From: Kiritimatiellia bacterium
Lineage (GTDB): Bacteria > Verrucomicrobiota > Kiritimatiellia > JAAZAB01
Reading direction: 5' to 3'
Assembly (NCBI GenBank): GCA_041653875.1
Contig: JBAZEM010000017.1
Span: 10 to 64,009, forward strand
Length of the DNA: 64,000 nucleotides
Shown: positions 9,672 through 20,149 of the stretch, in pieces
How the letters are laid out: every line of letters starts with the position of its first letter
Position numbering within the stretch: position 1 is the first letter of the stretch
Translations under genes and position numbers: made by a program
Notes under the pieces: model-generated
Told to the model about the DNA's origin: nothing
Seen by the model: only the letters and a program-made list of their open reading frames with translations
The model's database searches: none

Positions 9672-10304
9672 CTACATTCTTCCGTTTTCCGGCATTCGAC
9701 GTTCGGCGTTGGATGTTGGGCGTTCGATGTTTGCTTCTCCGATCCGGTACACCGTCTTTTCCGTCACCACCGCGTCCATGCGAATATCCCGCGCGTTCAT
9801 CGGCACGCGCTTAATCATCTGACATTCCAGCGCCAACCCAACTTTAAACGCTTTTTGCAGGGCCTTTCCGGCCAGCAAACGGTCATAATGGCCTCCACCG
9901 TGGCCGAGCCGGCCGCCGGCGCGGTCAAACGCCAGCCCCGGTATTATCGCCAGGTCCGCGCGCGCGGATGCCGCCCAGCGCGGGTGGACGGGCTCCGGCA
10001 CGGTCCAATGGCCGGCCTGCACGGGATCGCCTGGCCGAAGCCGGGCCAGCTCATAACACCGGATCTTTTTGCGGTAGGCCGGCGCCAATACCTGCTTGCC
10101 TGTTTTCCAACAGGCCGCCAGAAGATCCAAAGTCCGGACTTCGACCGGCAAGGCCAGGTACAGGCACACCCGCCGCGCCGCCGTCCATTCCGGAAGTTTC
10201 ATCACCGCGCGCTGAATCCGCGCGCTGGCCTGCCGGATATCCCGCAGGTTCAGCGTTGCGCGCCGCGCGCTCATTTCAGATCGAATGGATTCTTTGAACT
10301 TCAT
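9672..10304 (-). CDS. 5-formyltetrahydrofolate cyclo-ligase
   Basis: GHGGGHYDRLL motif and overall 5-FCL fold length (210 aa). Confidence 0.75.
   Translation of the reverse strand: MKFKESIRSEMSARRATLNLRDIRQASARIQRAVMKLPEWTAARRVCLYLALPVEVRTLDLLAACWKTGKQVLAPAYRKKIRCYELARLRPGDPVQAGHWTVPEPVHPRWAASARADLAIIPGLAFDRAGGRLGHGGGHYDRLLAGKALQKAFKVGLALECQMIKRVPMNARDIRMDAVVTEKTVYRIGEANIERPTSNAERRMPENGRM
9675..9750. repeat. ATCGAAC/ATCCAAC-word element in rny-5FCL spacer
   Basis: cattcgacgttcggcgttggatgttgggcgttcgatgtttgcttctcc. Confidence 0.6.
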
Positions 10305-10339
10305 GAATGTTGGTCTGTTTCATTGCCCTTCGGCTACTT

Positions 10340-10530
10340 TCCGCTCTCCTTCTTCATTGGACGTTCGGCGTTCGATGTTGGATGTTCCTCCGTCGCTAAG
10401 GCTATGGAGGACACGTGGGCGTTTGCTTCTTTTCCGGCCCGTCATCCGCCTTCCGTTTTCCTTCTTCCTTTTTCTCCGGTCTGTCGTCCGGCGTCTGTCG
10501 TCCGTCGTCTGGTGCCCGCCGCCTCCGCCC
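10340..10530. repeat. ATCGAAC/ATCCAAC-word element plus pyrimidine-rich low-complexity run
   Basis: ccttcttcattggacgttcggcgttcgatgttggatgttcc, then cgtttgcttcttttcc and a tctgtcgtccg reiteration. Downstream part encodes the rarA tail. Confidence 0.6.
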
Positions 10531-11823
10531 CCACTGCTCCAAACGTTGTTTCAAAGTCTCCTCGTAGCCCTGATTAGTTGGCGCGTAATACACCGCGGAA
10601 GTCGGTATATAGGCCTGGTCCACGAAATGGTCCTGGTAATCGTGGGCGTACTTATAGCCCGTATGGCCAAGGCGCTTGGCGCCCTGGTAGCTCGAGCCCC
10701 GCAGGGGTTTTGGCACCGGGAGCACCCGGCCTTCTTTGATGTCGGCGAGCGCTTTTTCGATCGCCAGATAGGCGGCGTTGCTTTTGGGAGCGCAGGCTAA
10801 ATAGGTCGTGACGTGCGCCAGGGTGATCCGGGCTTCCGGCAGGCCGACGAATTCCACGGCGTGCAGGCCCGCCACGGCCATCAACAGGCCGCGCGGGTCG
10901 GCGTTGCCGATGTCCTCCGAGGCCAGGATGATCAGGCGCCGGGCGATGAAGCGCGGATCCTCGCCGGCATAAATCATTTTGGCCAGCCAATACACGGCGG
11001 CGTGGGGATCGGAGCCTCGCACACTTTTGATAAAGGCGGAAATCGTGTCGTAATGGCCGTCGTCATCACGGTCATAGACCACGGCTTTTTTCTGGATGGA
11101 ATCCTCGGTGACGGCGCGGGTGATATGGATGCGTTCCCGGGCGTCCGGCGCGGTCGTCAGGGCGGCGATCTCAAGGGCATTGAGCGCCCGCCGGGCGTCG
11201 CCTTCGCAAACCCGCGCCAGATGCGCCAGCGCGTCGTCATCGGTGTCCAAGGGCATGTCGCTCAGTCCGCGTTCGTCGGTCAGCGCGCGGCGCAGGAGCG
11301 CGACGATGACCTCCTCGCTGAGCGGCGTCAGCTCGAAAATCTGGGAGCGGGAGGTGAGGGGGCTATTGACAAAGAAAAATGGATTATGGGTTGTGGCGCC
11401 GATCAGGATGATGGCGCCATCTTCGACGTAGGGCAGAAGGATGTCCTGCTGGGACTTGTTGAAGTGGTGGATTTCGTCGATGAACAGGATGGTTTGAACG
11501 CCTTCGCGCCGGCGGCGTTCGAAAGCCGCTTGCAAAAGGTCGCGCAGGGCGGCCACGTTGGCCAGGACGCCGCTTGTTTTTTCGAAGTGCCGGCGGGTGA
11601 CCCGCGCAATGACTTCGGCCAGCGATGTTTTGCCGCAGCCGGGCGGGCCGTAGAGGATCAGGCTGGCGAGCCGGTCCGACTCGATGGCGCGCCGCAACAG
11701 TTTACCGGGCCCCAGCATGTGGTCCTGGCCGAAGATTTCCGCCAACGTTTGCGGACGCATGCGCGCGGCCAGCGGCGGGCGGGCGCCGGCCGCCGCCGGA
11801 TTCTGCTTGTTGAAGAGGTCCAT
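10402..11823 (-). CDS. rarA: Replication-associated recombination protein A (AAA+ ATPase)
   Basis: LRPQTLAEIFGQDHMLG...LILYGPPGCGKTSLA Walker A; MgsA C-terminal domain. Start set at MDLFNK (revcomp ATG 11823). The ORF track extends to 11925. Unusual charged C-terminal tail. Confidence 0.85.
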   Translation of the reverse strand: MDLFNKQNPAAAGARPPLAARMRPQTLAEIFGQDHMLGPGKLLRRAIESDRLASLILYGPPGCGKTSLAEVIARVTRRHFEKTSGVLANVAALRDLLQAAFERRRREGVQTILFIDEIHHFNKSQQDILLPYVEDGAIILIGATTHNPFFFVNSPLTSRSQIFELTPLSEEVIVALLRRALTDERGLSDMPLDTDDDALAHLARVCEGDARRALNALEIAALTTAPDARERIHITRAVTEDSIQKKAVVYDRDDDGHYDTISAFIKSVRGSDPHAAVYWLAKMIYAGEDPRFIARRLIILASEDIGNADPRGLLMAVAGLHAVEFVGLPEARITLAHVTTYLACAPKSNAAYLAIEKALADIKEGRVLPVPKPLRGSSYQGAKRLGHTGYKYAHDYQDHFVDQAYIPTSAVYYAPTNQGYEETLKQRLEQWGRRRRAPDDGRQTPDDRPEKKEEGKRKADDGPEKKQTPTCPP

Positions 11824-12384
11824 GCCTTGCCCCTTGATCTGAAAATGAATACCCCACCTTGGCCGTGACGGAGTCAAGCTCTGTTCCGCAGAACAAAGTG
11901 GGCGCTTTAGTCCGTGGTTTCCCAATCCCTGCGGAAGGGCCTAAGGGCGCCACGGAATTCAAGCTCCCCGGTAGCATCATTAACGGGTCAGAGATTTGGC
12001 TCGTAACCACGCACCAGGCAGGGTACTCATCAAAGGGCGGACGATTCTGTGCGCAGAACCGTTCCGGCAGGCTGTTAAAGAACAATATGCGGCCGATGGC
12101 GCGGGTTGGGCGGCGCGCCGTACAACCCCGAAGCCGGTATTCGTCCTCTGCGAAAACCGTCCCCGGAGCGCCACGCCGCCGTGTTGTTTGTCACCGTTGC
12201 CACCAACAGACCGCCCGGCTGGAAACCGGGCGACCTAATCGCCACAGGCATGGAATCCATGCCTGAAAAGAATCGAACTATATTATTCAAACAGTCTTCG
12301 ATGAATACCAGCATACTGCCTCGTTCCCTTACCCGCGCGCCCCAAGTCGGGCCACCAATATCTTTGTTCCGTCTCGATTGTCTC

Positions 12385-14880
12385 TTATCTGATTTCCACG
12401 GCTATCTCGTTCCGGAGCCGGTCCTTGACGGCCTCATGAAGCCGATTGACTTCATCGTCCGTCAGGGTCCGCTCCCCGGAGCGATACGTCAAGGAGTAGG
12501 CCATGCTCTTGCAGCCTACACCTATCCCATTGCCAATAAAGATATCAAAGAGTTCGACGGTTGTCAATTCTTTTGGCGCAACCTTCCAGATGGCGTTGAC
12601 GATGTCGATGTGCCGGAGGCGGTTGGCGATGCGCAGCGCTATATCGCGCGTGACGGCGGGATACACCGGCAGGCGTTCCGCGGCGGGGACGGTGTTTACG
12701 CGCGCCAGGAGCGGCGCCAGGCGCATTTCTAAAACCGCCACGGGTTCGACCATGCGCCATTCCTTGCGGAGCGCTTCGCGGACCAGGCCAAGGACCCCGC
12801 AGGGTGTTCCATCCAGCGCGATCGCCATGGCGCGGTTCTTTTCGAAACAATCCGGATTATAAAGCGCGGGGGCCGCTGTAAGTTCCTGGAAAGCCAGTCC
12901 GGCCCCCAGGCCGGGTGCGGTCGCTTGGCTATCGTTCGCGGGACGTTCCGCCACGCGAATGGCCAACTTGCGGCACAAAGACTCCAGAATGCCCTTGAGC
13001 CATAAAAAGATTTCGGTTTCCGTGAGGGCGGAACGCTTGTCGTAACCGGTCCGGCCGACCGGTCCCATCAGACCGATGGCCACATGCTCTTCTTCAGTGA
13101 AAGTTTGTTGGACGTTCCTGAAAAAAACGCGGCCGATTTCAAAAAAAGCGGCTTCGGCAATCTGGCGCGCGCGATTGCGGCCGAGGGTCTCGATCATCTG
13201 CGGCAAAAGCGCATCGCGCAAAATAGCCTGGTCAGCGCTGATGGGACGCGGCAATACGATGCGCCGGGTGGCGCCCGCGGCGCCCCTGGCCGGGCTTGAG
13301 CAGGCGCAGAGCGCCAGCAGTTTTTCGGATACCAGGCTGTAATTCACGATCTCGGTGAGACCCAGCCCCGCGAGCGTGTTCCGGCACGCGATCGCGGCGC
13401 GGATGAACGTGTCGTTGACGCCCGGAACGATCCGGCTGTGCGGCGCGGCCGCCGGAATCTTGTCCAAGCCGTACAGGCGCGCCACTTCCTCGATCAGGTC
13501 CACCTCGGCTTCCAGGTCCGGGCGAAAAGTCGGGATCTTGACCGTACAGCTTTTTTTCTCGCGGTCCGTGACGGCGAGGGTCAAAGCCTCGAATAAGCCG
13601 GCAATTTCGTTGTCCGGGATGTCCACGCCCAAGAGGTCGCGGACACGATCGAAACGGCAGACGATGCTTCGGTCTTTGGGTGCGACTGGAAAACAGTCTA
13701 TTGTGCCCGGGGCGGCTGTGGCCCCGGCCTGCGCCGCCATAAGCGCCGCCGCCCGGCGGCTGGCCCAGTCCACACCGCCGATATCAACGCCGCGTTCGAA
13801 CCGGTATGATGATTCGGAGGAAAGGCCCAGGGTCTTGGACGTTTTGCGGACCAGCGCGGGTTTGAAGCAGGCGCTTTCCAGGACGACGTCGCGTGTGCCG
13901 GCGAGAATGCCGCTTTGGCCGCCACCCATGATGCCGGCGATGGCCACCGGCGACCTGGCGTCGGCAATGACCAGCATCTCCGGAGTCAGCTTGCGCTCCA
14001 CGGCGTCCAAGGTGGTCATGGTTTCGTCGGGGCGCGCCCGGCGCGCCACGATGCGGCGCTCCGCCAGTAAGGCGAGATCGAAGGCATGCAGGGGCTGGCC
14101 GCACTCGAGCATGACGTAATTGGTGATGTCCACGATATTGTTGATCGGCCGGATCCCGCAACGCGCCAGACGCAGGCGCATAGCTATGGGACTCGGGGCA
14201 ACCGTGACGCCCCGCAGGAGCCGGGCCGTGTAGCGCGGACAACCCTCCGCGTCCTCGACGGCCACAGTGAGAGTGTCAGCCGTAGAAGCGCCGGCTTCCG
14301 GAAATTGGATGGAGGGCGAATTCAGCCGGCAACCGTACAAGGCCGCCACCTCGCGGGCAATGCCCAAAATGCTCAGGCAGTCGGGCCGGTTGGGCGTAAC
14401 CTCGATTGTCAGCACGACGTCCGGTCCGCCCACGACCTCGACCAGGGGCGTTCCGGCGGGAATGGCGCGCGGCAGTTGCATGAGCCCGGCATGGTCCTCG
14501 GAGAGTCCGAGTTCGTCCTCGGCGCAAAGCATGCCGAAAGAAGCCTCGCCGCGGATTTTGGCGCTCTTGATTTTCAGGCCGTTGGGCAACACGGCGCCGA
14601 TGGCGGCGAACGGGACCTTGTCGCCGGCGTGGACATTCGGCGCGCCGCAGACCACGCGCAGAGTTTCACTGCCGGTGGCCACGTCGCACAGCGTAAGCCG
14701 GTCGGCGTTGGGATGCGGGTTGACGCTTAAAACTTCCCCGACCACAATGTCTTTGAAATCGCCCCCGATGCGCGCCAGGCCCTCGACTTCCAGCCCGGCG
14801 AACGTCAACCGTTCGACCAGGGCCTCGGGCGCGGCCTCGAAGGCCACAAATTCTTTAAGCCAGCTTAATGGGACTTTCAT
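12385..14880 (-). CDS. pheT: Phenylalanine--tRNA ligase beta subunit
   Basis: 831 aa, MKVPLSWLKEFV N-terminus, B3/B4 and FDX-ACB domains. Confidence 0.95.
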   Translation of the reverse strand: MKVPLSWLKEFVAFEAAPEALVERLTFAGLEVEGLARIGGDFKDIVVGEVLSVNPHPNADRLTLCDVATGSETLRVVCGAPNVHAGDKVPFAAIGAVLPNGLKIKSAKIRGEASFGMLCAEDELGLSEDHAGLMQLPRAIPAGTPLVEVVGGPDVVLTIEVTPNRPDCLSILGIAREVAALYGCRLNSPSIQFPEAGASTADTLTVAVEDAEGCPRYTARLLRGVTVAPSPIAMRLRLARCGIRPINNIVDITNYVMLECGQPLHAFDLALLAERRIVARRARPDETMTTLDAVERKLTPEMLVIADARSPVAIAGIMGGGQSGILAGTRDVVLESACFKPALVRKTSKTLGLSSESSYRFERGVDIGGVDWASRRAAALMAAQAGATAAPGTIDCFPVAPKDRSIVCRFDRVRDLLGVDIPDNEIAGLFEALTLAVTDREKKSCTVKIPTFRPDLEAEVDLIEEVARLYGLDKIPAAAPHSRIVPGVNDTFIRAAIACRNTLAGLGLTEIVNYSLVSEKLLALCACSSPARGAAGATRRIVLPRPISADQAILRDALLPQMIETLGRNRARQIAEAAFFEIGRVFFRNVQQTFTEEEHVAIGLMGPVGRTGYDKRSALTETEIFLWLKGILESLCRKLAIRVAERPANDSQATAPGLGAGLAFQELTAAPALYNPDCFEKNRAMAIALDGTPCGVLGLVREALRKEWRMVEPVAVLEMRLAPLLARVNTVPAAERLPVYPAVTRDIALRIANRLRHIDIVNAIWKVAPKELTTVELFDIFIGNGIGVGCKSMAYSLTYRSGERTLTDDEVNRLHEAVKDRLRNEIAVEIR

Positions 14881-14899
14881 TGGACTTGCCTGAATATAT

Positions 14900-15100
14900 G
14901 CGTATGAATTTCGGAATTATTCCCTCTCCCTGGGGAGAGGGTGGGGTGAGGGATTACTGCTGTCAGCCGGCCCCTCACCCGTTCCCGCATGGCGGGAACG
15001 ACCTCTCCCGAGGGAGAGGTAAAATAGTTGCCGCCGGGTCAGGGGACCCGGCCTACAAAAATATTGTAGGCCCGGCGCCCTCACCGGGCGTGTGATCTTG
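14900..15100. repeat. Family H hairpin-mosaic element in pheS-pheT spacer
   Basis: Six consecutive palindromes, including ccgggtcaggggacccggcctacaaaaatattgtaggcccggcgccctcaccgggcg, a near-identical copy of the module at 3955-4015. Confidence 0.7.
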
Positions 15101-15108
15101 TTACGGCA

Positions 15109-16134
15109 TCAGCCTAATTTCTCCAAAAACCGTTTGTCGTTGTCATACAAAAGACGGATATCGTGGATGCCGTAGCGAATCATGGCAATCCGTTCCACGC
15201 CCATGCCGAAGGCATAGCCGGTGACCTTTTCCGGGTCGTAACCGACTTTGGCGAACACCTTGGGATTCACCATGCCGGCGCCGGAAATTTCGATCCAGCC
15301 GCTTTGCTTGCACACACGGCAGCCCTTGCCGCCGCAGACGTGGCAGGAAAAATCGTATTCCACGCTGGGTTCGGTGAACGGGAAAAAGTGCGGCCGGAAC
15401 CGGATTTTGATGTCCGCGCCCATCAGACGTTGGGCAAAATAGGTGATGTCGCCCTTGAGATCGGCCATGGAAACCCGGCGATCCACGTAAAGGCCCTCGA
15501 TCTGGTGGAAATGAGCGCTGTGGGTGGCGTCGGTTGTGTCGCGCCGGTAGCACCGGCCGGGCGCGATGATGCGCACGGGCGGCGGCCGGCTTCCCATGAC
15601 GCGGATTTGCACGGGCGAAGTTTGTGTGCGCAATAATTGGCCCGCTTCCAGCCAAAACGTGTCCTGCGTGTCGCGAGAGGGATGGTCGGCGGGAGTATTG
15701 AGCGCGTCGAAATTGTGATACTCCGTCTCGATGTCAGGCCCGTCGGCCACGCTGAAGCCAAGCGTATCGAAAATGCGGATGGCGTCCTCGATGATCCGGC
15801 TGATCGGGTGCCGGGCGCCAAACGCGCGCCAGCGGCCGGGCAAAGTCGCGTCGAAACCATCCCCGATTGCAGAGCGCGGGTCCGCCGCCTTTTCCAGTGC
15901 GGCGCGGCTTGTTTCCAGGAGCGCGGCCAGTTCCTGTTTGAGCTCGTTGGCATAGCGGCCCATGGCCGGGCGCTCGGAGACGTCGGCGTCCTTAAGCCCC
16001 TGCATGATGGCCGGCAGAAGCCCCTTGCGGCCCAGGTACTTGATGCGCACCTGTTCGAGGTCCGCCGCCGTGCCGGCGGCGCGGGCCTCGCCCAGCGCCG
16101 CTTCCTTTAATGCCAATATGTCCGTGGCTTTCAT
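15109..16134 (-). CDS. pheS: Phenylalanine--tRNA ligase alpha subunit
   Basis: 341 aa; class II aaRS motifs (FRPHFFPFTEPS, GxGxERIAM). Confidence 0.95.
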   Translation of the reverse strand: MKATDILALKEAALGEARAAGTAADLEQVRIKYLGRKGLLPAIMQGLKDADVSERPAMGRYANELKQELAALLETSRAALEKAADPRSAIGDGFDATLPGRWRAFGARHPISRIIEDAIRIFDTLGFSVADGPDIETEYHNFDALNTPADHPSRDTQDTFWLEAGQLLRTQTSPVQIRVMGSRPPPVRIIAPGRCYRRDTTDATHSAHFHQIEGLYVDRRVSMADLKGDITYFAQRLMGADIKIRFRPHFFPFTEPSVEYDFSCHVCGGKGCRVCKQSGWIEISGAGMVNPKVFAKVGYDPEKVTGYAFGMGVERIAMIRYGIHDIRLLYDNDKRFLEKLG

Positions 16135-16346
16135 GGTTTAAGGACATTCCTATAATTCAATTGCCGGGCAAAGTCAAATCGGGAAATTTGTCTGGTCGCG
16201 TTCAACGGGTCATTGACGGCCATTATGTTGGCATGATATTTTAATTGCCAAGGTGTTAATGCGAAAGAACTTCCTTGCGCGCCGATTTGGCCGTCTGACG
16301 CCATGGCCTTGCAAAGATGCGTCATTGTCGGTCGAAGCAGTCATGT

Positions 16347-16853
16347 ATGATAACTATTGCCACCTATCGCAATCTGATGTCGGCGGAACTGGCTAAAACA
16401 CGCCTGGAGCTCCACGATATCCAGGCGATGATTGCCGATGAATTCTCCTATACCCTGGGGTATGGCGCGATTATGGATGGCGTCCGCCTGCAAGCGCCGG
16501 CGGAAGATGCCGAACGCGCCAAAGAGATTCTGGCCACCGAGGAATTCATTGAACTGCCCGACGATAGCGCGATCATGGCCGAATCGCCGGAGGCCGCCAC
16601 TAACGGCGCCGAGGCTTTGCGGGAGCCCGCCACATACACGGCATCCAGCCGGCCGGGGGGATGGTCGGTCTGGTTCTTGTTCCTGTTTGGTATATGTTTC
16701 CTGATCCTGGGCCGGCCCGCCAACGATTGGAGCGCCATGCCCGCTTTTTCAGGCCAACTTATTCTCCTGGGAGAAATGTTGATTTTGGCCGGGCTATGGA
16801 TATCCTATGGCCGGTTGAGCGCCGCGCAGGAACATGACATGCCGCCGGAATAG
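16347..16853 (+). CDS. DUF2007-domain protein with C-terminal TM helices
   Basis: ITIATYRNLMSAELAKTRLELHDIQAMI resembles the DUF2007 N-terminus; C-terminal WSVWFLFLFGICFLILG hydrophobic segments. Confidence 0.45.
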   Translation: MITIATYRNLMSAELAKTRLELHDIQAMIADEFSYTLGYGAIMDGVRLQAPAEDAERAKEILATEEFIELPDDSAIMAESPEAATNGAEALREPATYTASSRPGGWSVWFLFLFGICFLILGRPANDWSAMPAFSGQLILLGEMLILAGLWISYGRLSAAQEHDMPPE

Positions 16854-16945
16854 CCGCGGAGTTCAAGACGGATGGCCAAATCCATTCGTCAATGGCGTTA
16901 AACGGCGGTCGCCGAGAAAGAAAAGAAGGATAATTGGGGTATTTA

Positions 16946-17704
16946 ATGAAATCGCTTGCAACCATTGCGTCGTTTCTGGACCGGGAACTCAACATCAAGG
17001 CGTTTGCGGACGAATCCCATAACGGGTTGCAGGTTGAGAATTCCGGCGAGATTTTACGTGTCGGCGTCGGCGTCGATGCCTCGCTGGCGTTCTTCGAAGC
17101 GGCGGCCCGCCGTAAAATCCAAATGGTCATCTGCCATCACGGCCTGAGCTGGGGCGATTCGCTCAAACGCATCAGCGGGTTGAATTACCGGCGGCTGAAA
17201 TTTCTCCTGGATCATGACATGGCCCTCTATGCCTGCCATCTGCCGTTGGACGCGCATCCGCGCCTTGGCAACAACGCGCAGATAGCCAAAGCTTTGGGCC
17301 TGCGGCGGCTGAAACCTTTCGGCCTCTATCGCGGCATGTCCATCGGGTTCTGCGGATCGTTGCCGGAAGCGCTGCCTTATGCCGCCTTCAAATCGCATGT
17401 TCAGCGCGTAATGGGCAACATGGTCGGCACAATGGATTTTGGCAAGCGCATGGTCCGGACCGTTGCGATCGTTTCGGGCGGCGCCGCCGGGGAAATTGAC
17501 GAAGCCGGCCAAAAGGGCATCGATGTTTACGTCAGCGGCGAGCCCAAACTGGCGGCCTATCATCCGGCCCAGGAATACAAAATAAACGCCATTTTTGCCG
17601 GACACTATGCCACGGAAGTATTCGGCGTCAAGGCCCTGGCGCGCCTGTTGGCGTCGCGCTTTGGGTTGCAAACCGAATTCATCGACATGGGCATCCGATT
17701 TTAA
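16946..17704 (+). CDS. Nif3-like dinuclear metal center protein (GTP cyclohydrolase 1 type 2 homolog)
   Basis: HNGLQVEN...ICHHGL...GHYATE motifs of the YqfO/YbgI/Nif3 family. Confidence 0.8.
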   Translation: MKSLATIASFLDRELNIKAFADESHNGLQVENSGEILRVGVGVDASLAFFEAAARRKIQMVICHHGLSWGDSLKRISGLNYRRLKFLLDHDMALYACHLPLDAHPRLGNNAQIAKALGLRRLKPFGLYRGMSIGFCGSLPEALPYAAFKSHVQRVMGNMVGTMDFGKRMVRTVAIVSGGAAGEIDEAGQKGIDVYVSGEPKLAAYHPAQEYKINAIFAGHYATEVFGVKALARLLASRFGLQTEFIDMGIRF

Positions 17705-17732
17705 CGATCGTTCGAAGGAGAAGGCGGCGCTG

Positions 17733-18809
17733 ATGACAACGAACATTCTATTCTCGCCCTGGAAACAGGAAAAGACGGAGTTCAAGAATCGAATCGTGAT
17801 GTCCCCCATGACGCGGAGCCGGTGCCCGGGCAACTCGCCCGGCGAGATTGTGGCCACGTACTATGCCCAGCGCGCGGAGGCGGGCCTGATTATCACCGAG
17901 GGCACATCCCCATCGCCCAACGGGCTGGGCTATGCGCGGATTCCCGGCCTGTTCACGCCCCGGCAGGTCGCGGGTTGGCGCAAAGTCACGGATGCGGTTC
18001 ACAAGGCCGGCGGCCGGATCTTTGTCCAACTCATGCACACAGGCCGGGTTTCGCATCCGCTCAACATGCCCGCCGGCAGTCGGATTCTGGCGCCCTCCCC
18101 GATCGCGCTCTCCGGAAAAATGTGGACCGATGCCCGGGGCGAACAGCCCTATCCCGTGCCGGCGGAAATGACCGAGACCGATATCCGCATGACTATAGCC
18201 GAGTATGTGCAGTCGGCGGCGCTGGCGATCGACGCCGGTTTCGACGGCGTGGAGTTCCATGGTGCCAACGGCTACCTGATCGATCAGTTCCTCAACACAG
18301 CCTCCAACCAGCGCAAGGATGACTGGGGCGGCAGTATCGAGAACCGCATGCGCTTTGCGGTTGAGATTGCCCGGCAGGCGGCGGCTAAGATCGACCGGAA
18401 ACGGCTCGGCATGCGGCTCTCCCCCTATGGCGTATTCAACGAGATGGCGAGCGACCCCACGATGGAGGACACGTTCGAACGGCTGGCCGCCGAGCTTGAC
18501 CGCATCGGCCTCTTTCATGTTCACCTGGTGGATCACAGTTCGATGGGTGCGCCGGAAGTGAAGCCCAGCATCAAGCGCAAGGTTCGCGCGGCCTTTCACG
18601 GCACACTGATCCTGTCGGGCGGCTATGACCGGGCTCGGGCCGAAGCGGACTTGGTCGCCAAGAATGGCGATTTGATCGCTTTTGGCCGGCCGTTCATCTC
18701 GAACCCGAAGCTTGTGACCAAACTCAGGAACGGAGAGCCCCTGCTCCCCGCCGATCAGGGCACATTCTACAGCCCTGGCGAAAAAGGCTACACAGACTAC
18801 CAGGAATGA
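17733..18809 (+). CDS. NADH:flavin oxidoreductase / alkene reductase (Old Yellow Enzyme family)
   Basis: Start MTTNILF with GAAGGAG SD upstream; SPMTRSR, HTGRVSHP, GANGYLIDQF OYE signatures. Confidence 0.85.
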   Translation: MTTNILFSPWKQEKTEFKNRIVMSPMTRSRCPGNSPGEIVATYYAQRAEAGLIITEGTSPSPNGLGYARIPGLFTPRQVAGWRKVTDAVHKAGGRIFVQLMHTGRVSHPLNMPAGSRILAPSPIALSGKMWTDARGEQPYPVPAEMTETDIRMTIAEYVQSAALAIDAGFDGVEFHGANGYLIDQFLNTASNQRKDDWGGSIENRMRFAVEIARQAAAKIDRKRLGMRLSPYGVFNEMASDPTMEDTFERLAAELDRIGLFHVHLVDHSSMGAPEVKPSIKRKVRAAFHGTLILSGGYDRARAEADLVAKNGDLIAFGRPFISNPKLVTKLRNGEPLLPADQGTFYSPGEKGYTDYQE

Positions 18810-18848
18810 ATTTTGGACAGGAGCGTTGGAATAAAAAAGGAGGCGACC

Positions 18849-19711
<863 letters not shown>

Positions 19712-19820
19712 GTTTCACTGCGATATGTCTTCGTGGCAAGCCACTTCCGTCTTCGTCCCGATACCCGCCTAAGCGGCGTGATCGGGGCTGCGCCGGACAA
19801 GCGCTCGCCGCTTCCAGACA

Positions 19821-19852
19821 AACGCAGAATGTAGAATGCAGAATGCAGAAAC
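19821..19852. repeat. AATGCAG tandem-word array (single arm) downstream of tRNA-Ser
   Basis: aacgcagaatgtagaatgcagaatgcagaaac. Confidence 0.6.
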
Positions 19853-20149
19853 TCAACCTCTAAATTTTAACCCGCCTTTGTTGGGTGGAGGACAAAAATT
19901 TTGAGTGAGGTTTGCAGGGGTGACACGTCGCACTCAACCTGCTCCACATGGAGGACATGCGTATCGTTTTGGGATGCTGTGTCTTCCGCGTATAGACGCG
20001 GAAAACTCGCAAGCAATAATGTCGCGCAAACAGCGTCTTTATTTTTCCTTCTTCGGCCAACGGGGCTGTTGACCGGCCGCCCTGCGCCGGGGCACACACC
20101 CCTCACAGGTCAAACATGTTTTTGGGTTAAATGGGTGGCTGGCAGGGTG

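Noticed and set aside
12106-12732. 208-aa + strand ORF spanning the pheT 3' end and downstream spacer
   Set aside because: It overlaps the confidently called pheT on the opposite strand and extends into a repeat-rich spacer. It has no motif and shows GC-frame bias.
19712-20149. Integrase or prophage remnant next to tRNA-Ser
   Set aside because: No ORF in the region shows integrase motifs (no R...HxxR...Y). I could not find a direct repeat of the tRNA 3' end. Only a lone AATGCAG arm is present.
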